From Cyanobacteria bacterium J06626_4 (GTDB taxonomy: Bacteria > Cyanobacteriota > Cyanobacteriia > Phormidesmidales > Phormidesmidaceae): DNA of 64,000 bases. Position 1 is the stretch's first letter; every line of letters starts with the position of its first letter. The DNA is taken from positions 96,001-160,000 of the forward strand of contig JBCBJQ010000001.1 in the NCBI GenBank assembly GCA_038523235.1, in the 5' to 3' direction. Made by a program: the position numbers and the translations under genes. The notes beneath the pieces are model-generated. The model saw only the letters and a list, made by a program, of their open reading frames with translations. It had not been told where the DNA came from and did no database searches. Of this stretch, positions 62,590 to 64,000 are shown piece after piece.

Positions 62590-63798
62590 CTAATCCTGAC
62601 TGTCTGATAGAAGCGGAGCACCTATCGCCGCTTTAGAGAGCATTTCGAGGGGGTTGCTATCTGCTAATTCTGCCGCCATATCAGGGGCAGGCTCAAGCCC
62701 TTCGCCGACTCGACGAGCGGCCCGCATTGCCGTAAAGGCTTCTTTAATTACCACCGCTACTGGCACCGCCACAATCACTCCCAGCAGCCCACCCACACGG
62801 GCCCCTGAAAGCAGTGAGATAAAGACCCAGAAAGGATTAAGGCCCGTAAAGCTCCCAAGCACCCGAGGCGCTAAGACATTTTCGACAAGCTGCTGCACTA
62901 ACGCCGACAGCGCCAAGACTTTCACAGCGATACTGACATCTCTCAGGCCAACCAGCAGCGTGACTACCACGATGCCGACTGTGCCACCAAAGGGAATCAA
63001 GGCTGCCAAGCCAATGGTGATGCCAAACAACAGGCCAAAGGGCACCTGCACGACTAAGTAAATGACCGTCAGAGCTAGCCCCATAAAGGTGGCGATAATA
63101 AACTGCCCCAAAAAGTAATTGCGAAAGCTGACACGTAAAGTTTCAGAAAACAGCCGCTGAATTTTGCTCGGTAACCAGCCGACAATGCCATCCCAAACAT
63201 CGTCGCCATGCTGCAACAGATAAAAAGTCAGGACGATCGCCAACACAATATCTAAGAGCTTATTGGCAGTGAATAACGCGACGCCAAAGGTGAGATTGAG
63301 CGCTTCTCCCGCAATCTGCTCAAACCGCAACTTGAGGCGATCGTTCACCTGCTCAATCAGGCCATCTAAGTTGAATGGCAGCCCCCAATTTTCAAACCGA
63401 CCATCTAGCATCAGCAACTGACCTCGGCCCGAATCAAACCACTCGGGCAGTTTGGTAACCAACTGCTGCGCCTGCTCAAACACCAAGGGCAAAATCGTAA
63501 TGCCAACAGTCAGAAATAAAATCACCGCGCTTAGGAGCACAAAAACCGACGCTAGACCTTGCTTGACCCCGAGCCGCTTGAGCCAAGAGACGGGATAGCT
63601 CAGCAAGAACGCCAGTAAAGAGGCCACAATCACCGCGACTAAGATTTCGCGGAAATAATCAAAAATTTGGGCGATCGCCCAAACGTTGAGCACGATCAGG
63701 GGAGCCGCCAATAGAATCATCAGCGTTCGCGTAAACGGCCCCAAAGATCGCCACCAGCGGGTAATCCAACTCTGCGAATGCAATTCAGATGGGGTCAT
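62590..63798 (-). CDS. AI-2E family transporter
   Basis: LLAFLLSYPV, LTFYLL, RNYFLGQ, LIPFGG, QQLVENVLAPRVLG...GLNP and GGLLGVIVAVP. Confidence 0.9.
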   Translation of the reverse strand: MTPSELHSQSWITRWWRSLGPFTRTLMILLAAPLIVLNVWAIAQIFDYFREILVAVIVASLLAFLLSYPVSWLKRLGVKQGLASVFVLLSAVILFLTVGITILPLVFEQAQQLVTKLPEWFDSGRGQLLMLDGRFENWGLPFNLDGLIEQVNDRLKLRFEQIAGEALNLTFGVALFTANKLLDIVLAIVLTFYLLQHGDDVWDGIVGWLPSKIQRLFSETLRVSFRNYFLGQFIIATFMGLALTVIYLVVQVPFGLLFGITIGLAALIPFGGTVGIVVVTLLVGLRDVSIAVKVLALSALVQQLVENVLAPRVLGSFTGLNPFWVFISLLSGARVGGLLGVIVAVPVAVVIKEAFTAMRAARRVGEGLEPAPDMAAELADSNPLEMLSKAAIGAPLLSDSQD

Positions 63799-64000
63799 AG
63801 GTTGAGCTATAGGTATCCACTGCTTTTAGTTTATGGTGACGTTGATGCAATCAGGATGTGTCGAGAGTAAGAGGTTAGCGCCAAGCCTCAATCATCCCTG
63901 ACCAGGCAGAGTAAGGGCAGCATGCTTGACCCTAAAACTTGGACTTTCGTGAGGTTCTACCCTTCCCGCAGAGTACTCTGCACTCCAAATTCCGCACTCC

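Overview
A 64 kb, gene-dense chromosomal window from a cyanobacterium. The evidence is abundant HIP1 GCGATCGC octamers and photosynthesis genes (psb30, psbQ, acsF, pam68, ycf51, sqdBX, crtQ). A filamentous Leptolyngbya-like lineage is my guess only. Most genes are housekeeping: dnaE, mrdA, recJ, purN, mnmE, map, coaD-cdv3, ruvA, rpsO, ilvA, ftsX and tatA. I found no rRNA, tRNA, CRISPR array or transposase. The main points of interest are: (1) a complete Anbu peptidase / circularly permuted ATP-grasp / alpha-E / transglutaminase cluster with a perfect NtcA-type GTA-N8-TAC palindrome upstream of both putative transcription units; (2) a co-oriented RusA-like + AHJR-like nuclease + Rad52/SSAP-like trio with altered catalytic motifs; (3) a type IIG-like DNA methyltransferase lacking its NPPY motif, appended to crtQ; (4) an unsplit, intein-free dnaE preceded by helically phased NrdR-like boxes; (5) RecJ with a long C-terminal extension ending in a degenerate HEPN-like domain; (6) candidate small/structured RNAs, a MITE-like element and a perfect 54-bp palindrome. 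All product calls come from motif recognition by eye, not from database searches.
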